A stretch of DNA of 64,000 nt from Geosiphon pyriformis uo1 (taxonomy: Eukaryota; Fungi; Glomeromycota). A program made the translations under genes and the position numbers. The stretch spans positions 124,001 through 188,000 of the forward strand of contig JAAOMT010000435.1 of the NCBI GenBank assembly GCA_016748015.1. The letters are read 5' to 3'. Shown piece by piece: positions 51,658-64,000 of the stretch (the first letter of the stretch is position 1; every line of letters starts with the position of its first letter). A model generated the notes under the pieces. The model did no database searches and had not been told where the DNA came from. It worked only from the letters and a program-made list of their open reading frames with translations.

Positions 51658-54600
51658 GTAATAATTCTATGTTGATATACCCTCATGATTTTTATTGGTG
51701 ATAAATAATATTTTTGAATAAAAGTAAAAAATAAATTTTTTTAACAAAACTTAAACAATTTGAATAAATTCTTTTTGAAAGTTTCCTATTACAGTTTCAT
51801 ATTACAGTTTTATATTTAAAAATGATATTATAAACATTAAAAATTCATAACATCATAAATTTTTAATATTAATTTAAATAATTAGGTTTTTTAAAAAAAA
51901 TTGATATTTTAAGTACTGTATATTAGTAATAATAATAATAATATATATATGTATTTTTAAAAATCTAAAATTAAATTATTATTATTATTATTATTATTAT
52001 CATTATTTTAAAATAAATATATTGATTATATTATAAACAATATTATCTAATTAAAATAAATAAATAATAATATGTAATAAAATAAAAATTTTAACTGCTT
52101 AGATTATATATATATATATATATGAAATCTTTGGTCTTGATAGGCTCTTACACGTTTCCACATGCTAATAAAGAGGCCAAGGCCCTACGTTTTATCTGTA
52201 AGAATTGTTACATAATTTTCATAGGGTAAAGAATATTGTATCTATGACTGACTCCTACAAGTTACGATCACAAAGAAGGAATTATTCTGAATGGAATATT
52301 TAACCTAAATTTTTTTTAGGGATATTCTTTTTACTAACCTAACATTTCCAAGTTGAAATTAATTTCAAATTGAAGTTTAAAGTTTCCGGAAGATATGTGA
52401 TACTCATGACTAAATAGTATTTTTCTTATCATTTTATTAAAAATCGAATTCTTGAAAAGCTTTGCTCTTGGATCAATATTTGTAGGCTCAGGTCATGATT
52501 ATCGGTACACACAGCCTTTCGTCTGCGCCGATTAAAGGCTATTTTGGGCAGAATGGTTGTATTTGTCAGCGACATTGGATTAATCTAAGATTTAAAAGGT
52601 GACAAATTAGTCAAAAGGAACCAAGTCGTCGCTATATTGTTTTGTTGTTTCCAAAGTAATTCAATATTTATCTAATATAAATATTCAAGTAAAAGATCTT
52701 GAAGAATGGTGTTTTGGAATACTTTTACGATAGAACTTTCTGCTTTCAAAAATGATAAAATTTCTAATAAACTTCAAGGGAATCCTCTTATTATTGAACT
52801 TAATCTTTGAATTCTATGCTTTAAGATTCGTCAATGAAAATTTCATATCTTGAATAAAAGTCTCTTGCACCGAAATTTGTGAATTGGCAAAATCACTTAA
52901 TTTTCAATTGAATCTTTTTTTAATTTTAGCAGTCACGTTAATCACGATATCACCAAAGATTTTAACGTGGGAAAAAGGCAATATAGTTTTTTAGTTTCAA
53001 ATTTAACTGGTTAGCTTTCATCCGATGTGGTTTCCTAAACACGATTATTTAAATAAAAAGGAATTGATAAACATTCAAACGAATATGAATATTATTAATC
53101 GATATTCAAATGAAGATCGAGGTAAAAATGTTTTTATTCATTTATTCATATTTATTTATTTCAAATCCTGTGACAAACCGAATTTTTGGCTCATTTCTTT
53201 TACAATGAAACTTAAAAATTCATGCAGATCAGAAAAACATCTATTATGTATTAAATTTGTTATAGCGTATTGTTTAATTTATAGACTTTATTTATATTAA
53301 AACTTCCCATTTATTGATTTTAATAATCATGATATATTACACTTTACCATGTATCTTTATTTTTTTTAATATCTTTAATATGTTTCATATTCGAATTGAA
53401 TTAATTTTGATTGTTTGTTTTAGGAAAAGAATCAAAATAATAAAAATCATTATATATATATATTTTTTTTTATAAATATGAAATTTAAAATTTAATAGGA
53501 AAAAAATTGATTTTTTAAAAATCTTTCAAAATTGATTAATTATAGATTATCGAAATCTCAAACGTGTTAAAGAAATTCTCATTGTATTCAGCTACAAAAT
53601 ATCTTGTTCATTTTTATTTCCTAAAAAATATTTTTGGCTATAAATAAAATATACTATTTTTAGACTTGTAATAAGGGGTTCAGGCTCACAATAATTCATC
53701 ACTGATTGGAAGATTATCATTTAATTTTTCTGAAACATAACACAACCTATTGTCATGATTTAAAAGTGAATAATAATACATCTCATACAAATTTTTAAAT
53801 TCAAAAATATCTCATCATTTATACTTTTAAAAACTAGTAGCATGGTACCAAAAGAAGCCTTTTAGACTAATTAGTCAATTAAAGATTCACAAATTTCTCA
53901 GTTAGCAATTTATCGATCAATTGGAAATATGCATAAAGTCAGCCAGTTCGAATTAATGTAGATCTTTATTATAAACCCGGTGACCGAAATCCGAATATTC
54001 AACTTTAGATTCCCTCTTCTAGCATTCAACATAAAATTTTCAATTAGAATAAGTTAAAGAAACCCTGAAACTCAAGCATTGTCCTAAAATCTTTAACTGG
54101 TACTACTATCTATTAATATGATTATTAAAAAAAAACGGTATAATCTGCATTTAAACTAATAATAATAAATTTTAAAAAACTCTTAATACATCAAGGCATT
54201 TTCCAAAATTATGTGTGCAAGATAGAATGATTTATTTAGGTAAATGGAAATGAACTATGGAATAATCTTTTTTTCTTTACCTAGATTTTATAGGCTCTAT
54301 ATCTAATAAATTACTCGACCACTAATGATTTAAGGTTTGGCTTATTGCGATGACAATTTTTATTCCCTGACTATTACTAAATTGTTTTAAATTGAAGATA
54401 AACATTGTTAATTTGATTTTCACTCATCTTTTCAAGTAAAAGTTTTTAATATTCACCCATCTAAACCTTTTTTCGTTTGGTCCACAGTTAAATTACCTAA
54501 AGAAAAGCTTCAGATGATAAAATTTTCTTTAAAAACAAATATCATCACCCTTCTAGTACAAATATAGAAAATATCAAATAACGACTTCTTTTAATGGTTA

Positions 54601-55410
54601 CCAAGGGAGAAGAGAAAGAAAGTTTAAAAGAAGAAGGCTTAAAAGAACGAGGAGGCATGAATACCCAAAATTAGAGTTTTTAAACGACGAACACATCCTT
54701 ACCATCATCATCATCATCAGCATCTTTTTAGAAATTTTTATAACTGGTTTAAAACTGGAAATAATTAAATAATTAAATAACCAAATAACCCTCGAAAGTT
54801 ATAATTTTAGTTATATGAATTTTTTTTTTGATTATAATGAATACCCGAATATTAAAGTTATACAAATAAAGATTTTCTCGGCAGATAAATGAAATAACAA
54901 CATTACCGACGGCTCCCAATTTTGGTTAAGGCTTATTTCGATATCAATGGTCCGGATGACACAAAAGATTAATTTTCTTATATGAGGCAGTGCCTAAAAG
55001 GTTTTTATTTAACTAACCAGTTGAACACTTACCTATTCCAATACTCCTGCCTCTATTTCTCCTCATTAATACTAAATAACAGATTTTTTTGTAGTTGGAA
55101 GTCTGCCTAAAAACATTCAAGTTTTTAAATCTCTTACCCATGTCCACGAAATTTATTTACTCGAGATTTTGTATATAGCCCAAAAAAACTTGGATAAAAA
55201 GGACAATATAAAAAAAAAAACTTTACCCCGTATACCCTTCTAAAAAGAGACTTTTTAAGCCTCAACTACCGGATTTGAAATTCCTCTTAGTTGAGAGAAA
55301 TTCTTATTGATAGGCTATTGAGGGGAAAAAACAACCCTTTCAAAAAGGCGAAAAAGATAGCTCGAAAGAAGAAATAAAAAAGCTCTATTTAGTATCAATA
55401 ATATACTTTC

Positions 55411-55459
55411 ATGGCTGAGCATCCTTATCAAAGAGTGGGCAATTATCCGGAACTCGATG

Positions 55460-55504
<45 letters not shown>

Positions 55505-57335
55505 GTGAAGCAAGTGGAAGTCGAAAGATAATGACGAGTGATGAAGCCCCAAATTTAACTCATGGCTTAAATGCGTCATTAATGCCATCAGAACCCCAAA
55601 ATGATAAAGGTTCCCTCGTATCATCAAGTGATCCATTTCAATTATCTTATCCTCCACCATCATCACAGATGCCAATAGCTTCTTACAGTAATGATAATTT
55701 TCGGATTGATCCACCATACAATTTACCGTCACCATACAATTTATCCTCCTCACATCAAGATATAAATTATAAACCACATGATCCAAATTTAGAATATCAA
55801 CCTCCACAGGATCGAAAACCAAGTGGGATAACAGGTCCTCCTTATCCTCCTGACATGTCACACATTAAAACTTCTTCAGGGACTATAAATCACAATATTA
55901 ACTATGGACCACCACCACCATCATCACCATCATCACCACCACCACCACCACCATCATCACCACCACCACCAACATTCCCAACTACTTTATCATCCACGAC
56001 CAAGCAAGAAATTGTTCGACCACTTCTTACAAATGAGGTCTCAAAACAGGAGCAAGAACATTGGCCACCACCGCCAAATTATCAAAATCCATCTCTAATT
56101 CCTCAAAAACATTATCCTCCCCAAGAAAGTACGATAATTGAGATGGGCTTCATACCAGAAAACAATCCAATACAAATGTCAAATTCTTTACAAACTGATA
56201 AAGCGATTAGAATGGGTGAGTGAGTTGGGAGTAGATGACATTATGAATATTCCTAGATGTTTGATTCAACACATTATTGTTAAAAAAAAAAAAAAACTAA
56301 TTTCAAAATATATTTTTCACCCTATCAAATCTTAGCATTTGTAAGGAAAGTTTACTTTTTATTGAGCGCACAGCTGGCTGTGACGATTGGAATTTCAATT
56401 TGGTTTAGGCAACACAGTGTCGTAAAAGAATGGGTCTCTGATCAGTAAGTGTTGCTCTCATGGTCTATCATTTTTGAAATCATGTATTTATCTAGTTTTG
56501 AAAATTCTTCAAAATTTTCACATACTTATTCGACATCTTCTTTTCTCCCTTACAAAGTCAATGGTTATTCTTTGTTTCATGGGCTTTAGCTTTAATTATA
56601 CTATGTCTGCTATTCTGGAAACGAAAGAGTTTTCCGTTAAATTTATTCTTCCTTTTCTTATTCACCCTTTGTATTTCGTATGGGATAGGGACAGTAGGTG
56701 AGCATGAAATTATATAATTCGGGTATATCGGTATTTTGATTTACAATCAAACGAGATTGAAATCAGTTCAACCTAAATTTTCTTTACTAATGATTATTAT
56801 TATTATTTCTTAATTAATCCTAACTAACTCATGATTAATTTCACAGTCTCGGTCTATGATACAACGGTTGTTCTCCAAGCCTTCTTAATAACATTTGGTA
56901 CATTTATAGCCCTCGTCCTATTCACCCTCCAATCCAAAATTGATTTCTCCTCGTGGGGTCCATTCCTATACGCTGGTTTATGGGTAATAATATTTGCCGG
57001 ATTTATTGGTTGGTTGTTTCCCTTCGACCGTGGCTACCACATTGCCGTCAGTGGATTGTCGGCATTACTATTCTCTGGGTACATTATATACGATACCTAT
57101 ATGATATTTAATAAGCTTAGTCCTGAAGGTAAGAAGATACATCTTAAAATTCTTTGGATTCTCAAAGTTGATATTAAAATCTAAATACAATTTGAAATTT
57201 AACTTTCTCTCGTTTAATTCCCAATCATATTTTCCCTTAAAAGAATATATATTAGCAGCGATAGATTTATACCTAGACATTCTCAATCTATTCATTGCAA
57301 TCCTTGCATTACTGGGAGGTGCGGATGGGCATTAA
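55411..57335 (+). CDS. Bax inhibitor-1 family (TMBIM / Lifeguard, Bxi1-like) membrane protein, 5 exons, ~475 aa
   Basis: Exons 55411-56215, 56336-56444, 56558-56697, 56847-57128 and 57244-57335 join in frame (1428 nt). Motifs IRMAFVRKVY, FPLNL, FTLQSKIDFS, FSGYIIYDT, LSPEEYILAAIDLYLDILNLF. Confidence 0.93.
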
Positions 57336-58212
57336 CAGATGAACGCGGAATCTGAAAACTTTTACAAAATTTCATTTTTTTTGTTTTTAACTTTTTGACC
57401 TCTATTTAGAGATCTTCTCTTATTCAATTGCTTGCTTTTAGGGTTATCCAAAATAATCTATTTATCATTACCAGCATATAATCCTTCTTTCATTTATCCA
57501 TCTGTCTAACTTAAACCTAAATGAAACATTGGAAATAATGGCTTTTATTTTCTTTTACCCTGATGATTATTATCTGAGGAAACTTTTATTCGCTTGATTT
57601 AAATGAATCCTTCTATGTGATTATGATTATATAATTCTCAATAGAAATCCAAAACCGATCATGTAAATTGTCACTCAATCTACATACTATGACTTGTCGA
57701 AATAGCAGTATACAAAGACATTCTTTGAGTCACTTCCCCCCACGTGGTTATATTGTGAAGATTTGGTGTCAAACCCTCTTGATCAATATGTTCGGCATCC
57801 ATGGTGAGAAAAGAACTCCAGCATGAATTAGGGTAAAGAGTGTAAAAATTATGGTTTCCAATCATGTGCGTCAAGTAGACAAACTTCAGTCTATTAATAG
57901 TACAACACAAATGGCTTAGCAAGTGTTTCACTAAGAAATTTGTGACGAAACAGATTAAAAAGAATTATGATTTGAAACTTTGTTTTTTCAAAATATGTTA
58001 GGTTTAACGTATGGCAATTAAATTTGATTGATTTGTGTCGTGGAAAAATGTTTGATTTTGTAACCATTTTTTAAAATAGATAGTACTACAAAGAAAGTTC
58101 TAAAGAATTGCTGCAGGAGATTTTAAATTCAGGTATAAAAAAAAATTGGATTAGTCGGATAAAGTTTCTCCTAAAATCGTGGAATAGATACTTGATTTAG
58201 CAATCTCCTAGC

Positions 58213-58285
58213 TGCTCCTGCTCGGGTTCGAACCGAGGACCTTCTGCGTGTAAAGCAGACGTGATAACCACTACACCACAAGAGC
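58213..58285 (-). tRNA. tRNA-Val (TAC)
   Basis: 73-nt cloverleaf. Acceptor GCTCTTG/CAGGAGC, anticodon arm TCTGC-TTTACAC-GCAGA, T arm CTCGG-TTCGAAC-CCGAG. Confidence 0.95.
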
Positions 58286-58414
58286 TTGCTAGGTATATGT
58301 AAAATCGTGGCGTTTATTAATTTAACTCTTATTTGTAGCATGATGTACGTACGTTTTTCCTTTCAACTGTAATTTATGCCAAATTCTTAAAATTCTCCTC
58401 ATTAACAAATATCA

Positions 58415-58487
58415 GGGCTCATGGCCAAATGGATAAGGCGCCTGACTACGAATCAGGAGATTCCAGGTTCGACCCCTGGTGAGCTCG
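58415..58487 (+). tRNA. tRNA-Arg (ACG)
   Basis: 73-nt cloverleaf. Acceptor GGGCTCA/TGAGCTC, anticodon arm CCTGA-CTACGAA-TCAGG, T arm CCAGG-TTCGACC-CCTGG. Confidence 0.96.
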
Positions 58488-58848
58488 ACGTATCAAGAAT
58501 TTGAAAATTTTTAATATTCACTGGACCTAAGAACAGCATGTCAAACGACATAAAGAAGCACTTTCTCCATAGCACCAGCCATTAATTATAACGATGATGG
58601 CATTAACTTCATGCTAAATAAATGTTTTATCCTTAAATCACTAATTCAAAAGATATTTTTGATAACTCATTTGTGTATCGACGTTCGCTGCACAATTAGT
58701 GGCCAGATTTTTTCGCTTTGAAACATAAACTAACTGTAAAACACAAAACTAGTCAAAGTACGTGGAAAAGGGTGAGAATCGGACACTCGCGACACAATTT
58801 TGAGACCAGAAGAGTTAGAAAATATAGCTATTTAATATAGATCACAAT

Positions 58849-60023
58849 ATGTCTAGCACAAGAACTCCTAAAAACAGAGGAAAACAACAGCGCAACATTC
58901 TCACCTCCACCAGCACTACAGGTACCCCAACTCGTTCGTCTCCTAGAATGATAAGACGATCACAATCATCCTACCCAAGTCCGGTGAACCGACACTTTAT
59001 TGATAGTGTGCCAATCTTAGAAGTGACCCTTCGATTCGATGAGGACGAATATGATGTTTGGCGCCGCCAAGACACTGACGAAGTAAACCTTTTTTACATG
59101 TTACGCATCAAATATCCTCGTGACGAAGACGAAGACGCCTGGCATCAAGAGCTGGAAAAATTGAAGAGAGAGGTTAACTCCGTGAGAGTTGTTGAAGAAG
59201 GATGGTTTGAAGGTGTTTGGTAAGCATGCAAATTTCTTCAAGATTTTCATTAACCTTATTCAAAGAGAACTTGAAATTCCTCAACACCTGTATCATCAAT
59301 TCGGCTTATTTTTTTCTTTCCAAGGGTGCCTCTTGAAAAAGGTAAAGGCTGCATGAAATGAGATTTGAAGTCATCTTGTTTTCGGTCATTAATTTTTTTG
59401 TTAATTTCACAAATTAGCAAAAGATATCGCCCGTAAATATAAAATATATGATCATGTAGCGGCCTTGCTTGAATCCGAAAACAGCTGGCCCGAGTTCTCA
59501 AAGAATAAAACGTCTCGCGCAAGGGTAGGTTATATCGATTGTTCATCTACTTATTCGGTTTTAAATCTAAAAAAAATGGCTAAATCTTTAATAGACTGAA
59601 CAACGCTCGCCAAGCATATCAGAGCTCCCGGAAAAGCTTGAGAAGCCTACAAACGGAATCTCTACTAGCCCACCCAACACTCCAGTCCCAATAACAAATG
59701 GTAATCTTAGAAATGGTATTACTAGAACGCCGACACCCAAATCTAAAACGATAAATGAATCCAGAGATCTTCCCACACGTCTTAAAGAAGTGGAAGGTGA
59801 GCGCGATCAATACAAAGAAGAATTGATAAATCTAAAGAGAAAACTGGATGAGACTGAGAGCTATGTGAACAATAGCGGAAGCAAGAAAAGGCGAGTTTTT
59901 TGGGCAGCTGTTGGAGCTGCAGCCGGAGCAGGAATTGCCGCCATGACTTTTAACAATTTGGGCTTGGGCTTCAATGAGATAGCAGGAACCTTTTCTAATA
60001 TGACAACTAATTTTTTCGGATAA
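58849..60023 (+). CDS. APSES/KilA-N-type domain protein with coiled coil and C-terminal TM segment (Bqt4-like architecture), 4 exons, ~307 aa
   Basis: Exons 58849-59219, 59325-59341, 59418-59524 and 59595-60023 join in frame (924 nt). The spliced product has VWRRQDTDEVNLFYML and FEGVWVPLEKAKDIARKYKIYDHVAALLE, and ends KKRRVFWAAVGAAAGAGIAAMTF. Confidence 0.8.
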
Positions 60024-62056
60024 CACACTTCTGGTCGATGAATAAATGAATTTGGGCAAGTTTCATTTATAATTACGGGGTTATAAATCAATACTTTCTT
60101 GATTCCTTTCCTTTTCTCTCGGTACTCTTATATTTTGCCCTTTTTTTGACTTCAAAGTCTTGTTATCCTCCTTCTTAGATTCTAGATTTAGAGGGAATTT
60201 GACTAGCACTTCTTGGAAGGTTAGCCTGTGTGTGTACGGTTCAACAGCAGAGGGTATTGAATGCCCAATCCTGAGCATGGTTCTTCGTAAGCCACCACAT
60301 TTTTTGCATCCTTCGTAAAATGTTCAGATACTACCACACTTGTCAACAGCCATGAAAAAACCTGTAAATTTATTAATTTCTAGTCAAATTCCTCCTATAT
60401 TTTTCTTTTCATTTGCTGACCCTTCGTTACCATATTCATATTAGTACCGCGTTCCTTTACCTTCCATCGCTGGTATACAATATATTTTTGGTGATGGCTT
60501 TCTGGCCTGATTTCCACTTGTCCTCACATTCCCTTCAAGTACCTATCCCCTTTCTGTTTTAGTTACATAAAAGTATTTTATTTCTATAGGTAATGATAAA
60601 ATCTGGTGTAATAATGATAAATACACTCAATCACATAATACTCTCCCCTACATTTTTCTATTACTCCAAAGTTCAGGTTTTCCTTCTATTTTATAGTGTG
60701 ATTTTATGCTTTCACTGTATCTCGGTATTATTGTAAATAATAATATGCGTTGTAAAAAGATCAATCTGTTAACTTTTTTGGATGTTTTAAGGATGAAAAT
60801 TCACGTTATTAATCGAGATTTTTCTTTTTAACTTTTTTTACTGGCAAGACGTTTTTAATAATGCTTTTGAATAAAAATACAATATTTTAATTAATAACAA
60901 CAAAAGATTAATCTTTAAAATTATGATAATTTGTAATTTTATTATATGTTTTATACATTTATTTATATAATGTTCTTATTTTGAATATTTTGATAATATT
61001 AAATAGTTTTTTAATTTTTTTAAAATAAATTTTTAATTTTTTATAACTAATTTTCAATTAATAAAATGTTAAAAGTTATTTCAAAATTAAAATATTGTGA
61101 TTAAATAAAATCCAAATTACATGTATTAAATTTCTCTTTGTATTAAAATTAAGTCCAATTATGTTTTTACTTAGAATTTAATTAATAAAAAATATATTAA
61201 ATTAATATAATTAATTTTAAAATTACAATTATTAAATTTTTAAAGTTGTAATAATTTTATGTTCTTAAATTTAATAACAGTTGTTGATTTAAAAATAACA
61301 TAATTAAAATATTAAATATTAATATTAAAAATAATTAATTAAATACAACTTTTTTTTAGTAAAATCTTTATAATTAAATTAAAATCTATTGATTAATAAT
61401 AAGATACTGTTATGTATTTTAAGTTTTTGTGTGTTTTGGCTTATTAATTAATTTTATTAAAAAAACAGTACTAAGATTTTTTTTTCTTAATTAAAAAAAA
61501 ATATTGTATTAAAACCAAATTAATTAATCTTTTTTTAATAAGTTAGTTTTTAAAATAAATAATTAAACTTGTTTTATTTTTTGGTTTTTAAATTTTAAAA
61601 TTTGCTATTATTATTTTTAAAAAAACTTAAATTTTATTATTATTATTATTATTATTATTACTTTAATAAAAATTTAAAACTATTATTTTAGTAAATATTT
61701 TTTTAAATAAATATAGTCTAATTACTACTTAATATAATACAATCATAAAAATTTTTTTTTATATATAATAAATATTTTATTATTAATATAAAATTCTTAA
61801 ATAAATTTATATATTTAATCTTAAAATTAATTATTTTTACTTAATTATATATTGTTTTTATTTTAATTATTATATTTTTTATTTTATAATTTATAAAACT
61901 TCTTTTTCTCTTATCTCCAAAAATTCTCAAAAAATGTATTTTCTGAAAAAGAAGTTTTTTTTTTTCCTTATTTTTTTCTTGTTAATTTATATTAATATTT
62001 CTTTATCTAATAATAATTCATTTTTCGTGAATTTAGAGGTTGCTACAAGTAGTATC

Positions 62057-63911
62057 ATGTCTAAGAAAAAGACACCTAAGAGTGTTTTTTATGGTTCTGC
62101 TGGTGGTTTTTTTTCTCAGAAGAAAAAAGTTATTCTTGGAAATGTCAAACACTCTGGTAATGAAAGGAATATCTCTTTAAGTAATTCTGGGCCTAGTAAT
62201 AATATATATTCTGATGTGAAAAGTTTATTTGGTGATGATGAAGATGTTAACATGTCTGGTGTGAATAATGAGTCTTTTTTGGGCTCAGCTGCTACTACAT
62301 CCAAGACAAAGTAAGTTAATACTGGTGCTGTTTTTAGTTTTCCACTTGGTTTTTCCAATTTTAGTATGGATGATAATGAAGTTGTTCTCTTTCTTTACTT
62401 GCCCATCTCTCTTGACAAGAAGTGGATTGACCCAAAAATCATCAAAACTCTAGTAGAAGTGTCAATTAAAAAGTTGTTTGCTTTGGATATTAATTTCTCA
62501 GCTGTAGAAGAAAAATTAGCAATAGCAAAAACTCAATTGGTTAGGAAAATTTTTTTGTCAGTCAATGGTTTTGGGGAGGGCCACTACCTTTTCAAAATTT
62601 GAAAGAATCATCAAATCTACTTTTACATCAAAGATCAGCATAATGAAGACCACTTCATTGGCCAAAGAAAATGGGATTATCACAAATGTTAATATCAAGA
62701 AACAAGGAATACATTCAAATCAGGCTGTGGTCATTAAAAAAATTATCATAAACATGCCAAAGGAAATAATTGTTACTGTAGTATTCAAATTTGGGAAAAT
62801 TAAGTCAATCAAAATTCAACTAATTGGAATATGACAGAAAGCTATAGTGGAATTTGCTAAATCAGGTCAGGCTGAACAGTTGACTACTAAATGGTCTTTT
62901 TTAATTAGTAAAAATTCTGTACATGTGGCCAAAGTTGTAAGAGATTGTGACACCTGGGCATCAAGAGATTGGTTTAAAGCTTTACTGTTTACTTTGTCAA
63001 TTGAAACAACTGCTTATGATTTGGGCACTCTCTTAGATAGGGCTGGTAAGAAAACCTGTGTTATTAATTGTTTATTGGATTTTGGTAACCAGATTTGCTG
63101 CACTATAATTGGTTTTGAATCTAAGGAGAGCTTGGAATCTGCATATCGCACTGAGCTAATATTTGGTGGTATTAAACTTTCTTGGGCTAGATTGGATTTG
63201 GTTTATTGTGAAAAGTGTGAACACTTTGGGCATTCTGCTTTGAAGTGTGATGCACTGACTGCATCTGTCTCTAAGTCTTCAAAGACCTTTAAAAAAATCA
63301 CTTCAGAAGTGCATCATCTTCAGCTGATAAAGCTATATGTGAAAAAGAGTGTTTTTATTTTCTGTTCTGCTGTCTTTGGTGGCAAGTCTTGAACACAAGT
63401 AGTTTTTTTTGCTCTTTTTTCTGGTGGTTTTCATATTGGTTATGGTTCTGGGTCTGGTTCTTCTCTTCTTAGTGCCTCATATAATAAAGAGAGCACTCCA
63501 GTTGCTCAAAATGATTTATCAATTGATGACTGTTTGGCTTTACTGGAATGCTCTTTGGAATTGCTGACTAAGCAAGTATTAGATATTGTGTACAGATTAA
63601 ATAGTATGGAGCTAGTGCTCTTGGTACCTGTCTCTCAAATCAAACCTCTGGTTATTCCTGCTTTTATGTTGTCAATGTCAGATGCTAATATGGTTTTGGA
63701 TATCCCACAGCCATCTTTCCCTTCTCTATTTCCTATAATAGAAGACAAGATAGTGGATTTGGGTATAAGTAGTTTAAAAGTTCTTACTTCCAAAGTTGGC
63801 TGTTTGGAATCTAAAATAGTGGCTCTTGAAGTTTTTATTGGCTTGATTTTGGGGAAATTGAATCTGTTGTACATGAATTTGGGTTTCTTAATATATTATT
63901 TATTTCAATGA
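62057..63911 (+). mobile_element. LINE ORF1 pseudogene (nucleic-acid-binding, CCHC knuckle)
   Basis: Chain of + ORFs broken by stops and a frameshift. Knuckle CEKCEHFGHSALKC. Directly followed by ORF2. Confidence 0.85.
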
Positions 63912-64000
63912 GTGGGCTTATTTGGAAGGTAGTCACATGTAATATCAGAGGTATAATAAATTTAGCTAAACAGAAAAACATTGTTCATTGGCATAAGAAA
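63908..64000 (+). mobile_element. LINE ORF2 start (AP endonuclease), runs off the window
   Basis: MSGLIWKVVTCNIRGIINLAKQKNIVHWHK, matching 12130-12190. The ATG overlaps the ORF1 TGA. Confidence 0.85.

Noticed and set aside
54545-54723. Short hydrophobic minus-strand ORFs divergent from the TMBIM gene
   Set aside because: About 40 aa or less, low complexity, and no credible downstream exon.
55409-56098. Poly-His (+) and poly-Tyr (-) ORFs
   Set aside because: Alternative frames of the Pro- and Asn-rich first exon of the TMBIM gene.
57680-57931. 83-aa minus-strand ORF
   Set aside because: Non-ATG start, no recognisable motif and no convincing splice partner.
58213-58226. Local tRNA-Val as primer for the Gypsy elements
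   Set aside because: It matches only TGGTGCTCCT (10 nt) of one PBS. The best-preserved PBS continues GTGAGG, which does not fit this tRNA's T-stem.
60081-60545. Possible minus-strand exons downstream of the APSES-like gene
   Set aside because: The candidate splice joins I tried run into stops, and nothing is recognisable.

Overview
Very AT-rich eukaryotic DNA with short GT-AG introns. It looks fungal; an early-diverging or Glomeromycotina-like origin is my inference from composition and gene style only. Positions 1-46.8 kb and 60.8-64 kb hold nested, decayed retroelements. These include three LTR families (called A, B, C here) of one Ty3/Gypsy lineage, with TGTTAC...GTAACA ends, 4-bp TSDs and the order gag-PR-Cys-rich domain-dUTPase-RT-RNaseH-IN-extra 3' ORF. 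There are also RNase H-containing LINEs, and a well-preserved polyadenylated element that encodes only a LINE ORF1 yet carries the same 3' stem-loop tail as the RT-encoding LINE. The repeats are riddled with C:G>T:A transitions. A 2.2-kb exact duplication across the N gap is probably an assembly artefact. A CpG-containing host island (46.8-60.8 kb) carries an MDR/enoyl-reductase-like gene, a Bax-inhibitor-1/TMBIM gene with a long Pro-rich N-terminus, divergent tRNA-Val(TAC) and tRNA-Arg(ACG) genes, and a spliced APSES/KilA-N gene with a C-terminal TM segment (Bqt4-like) that is hidden by a 17-nt micro-exon. All alignments and translations were done by eye.
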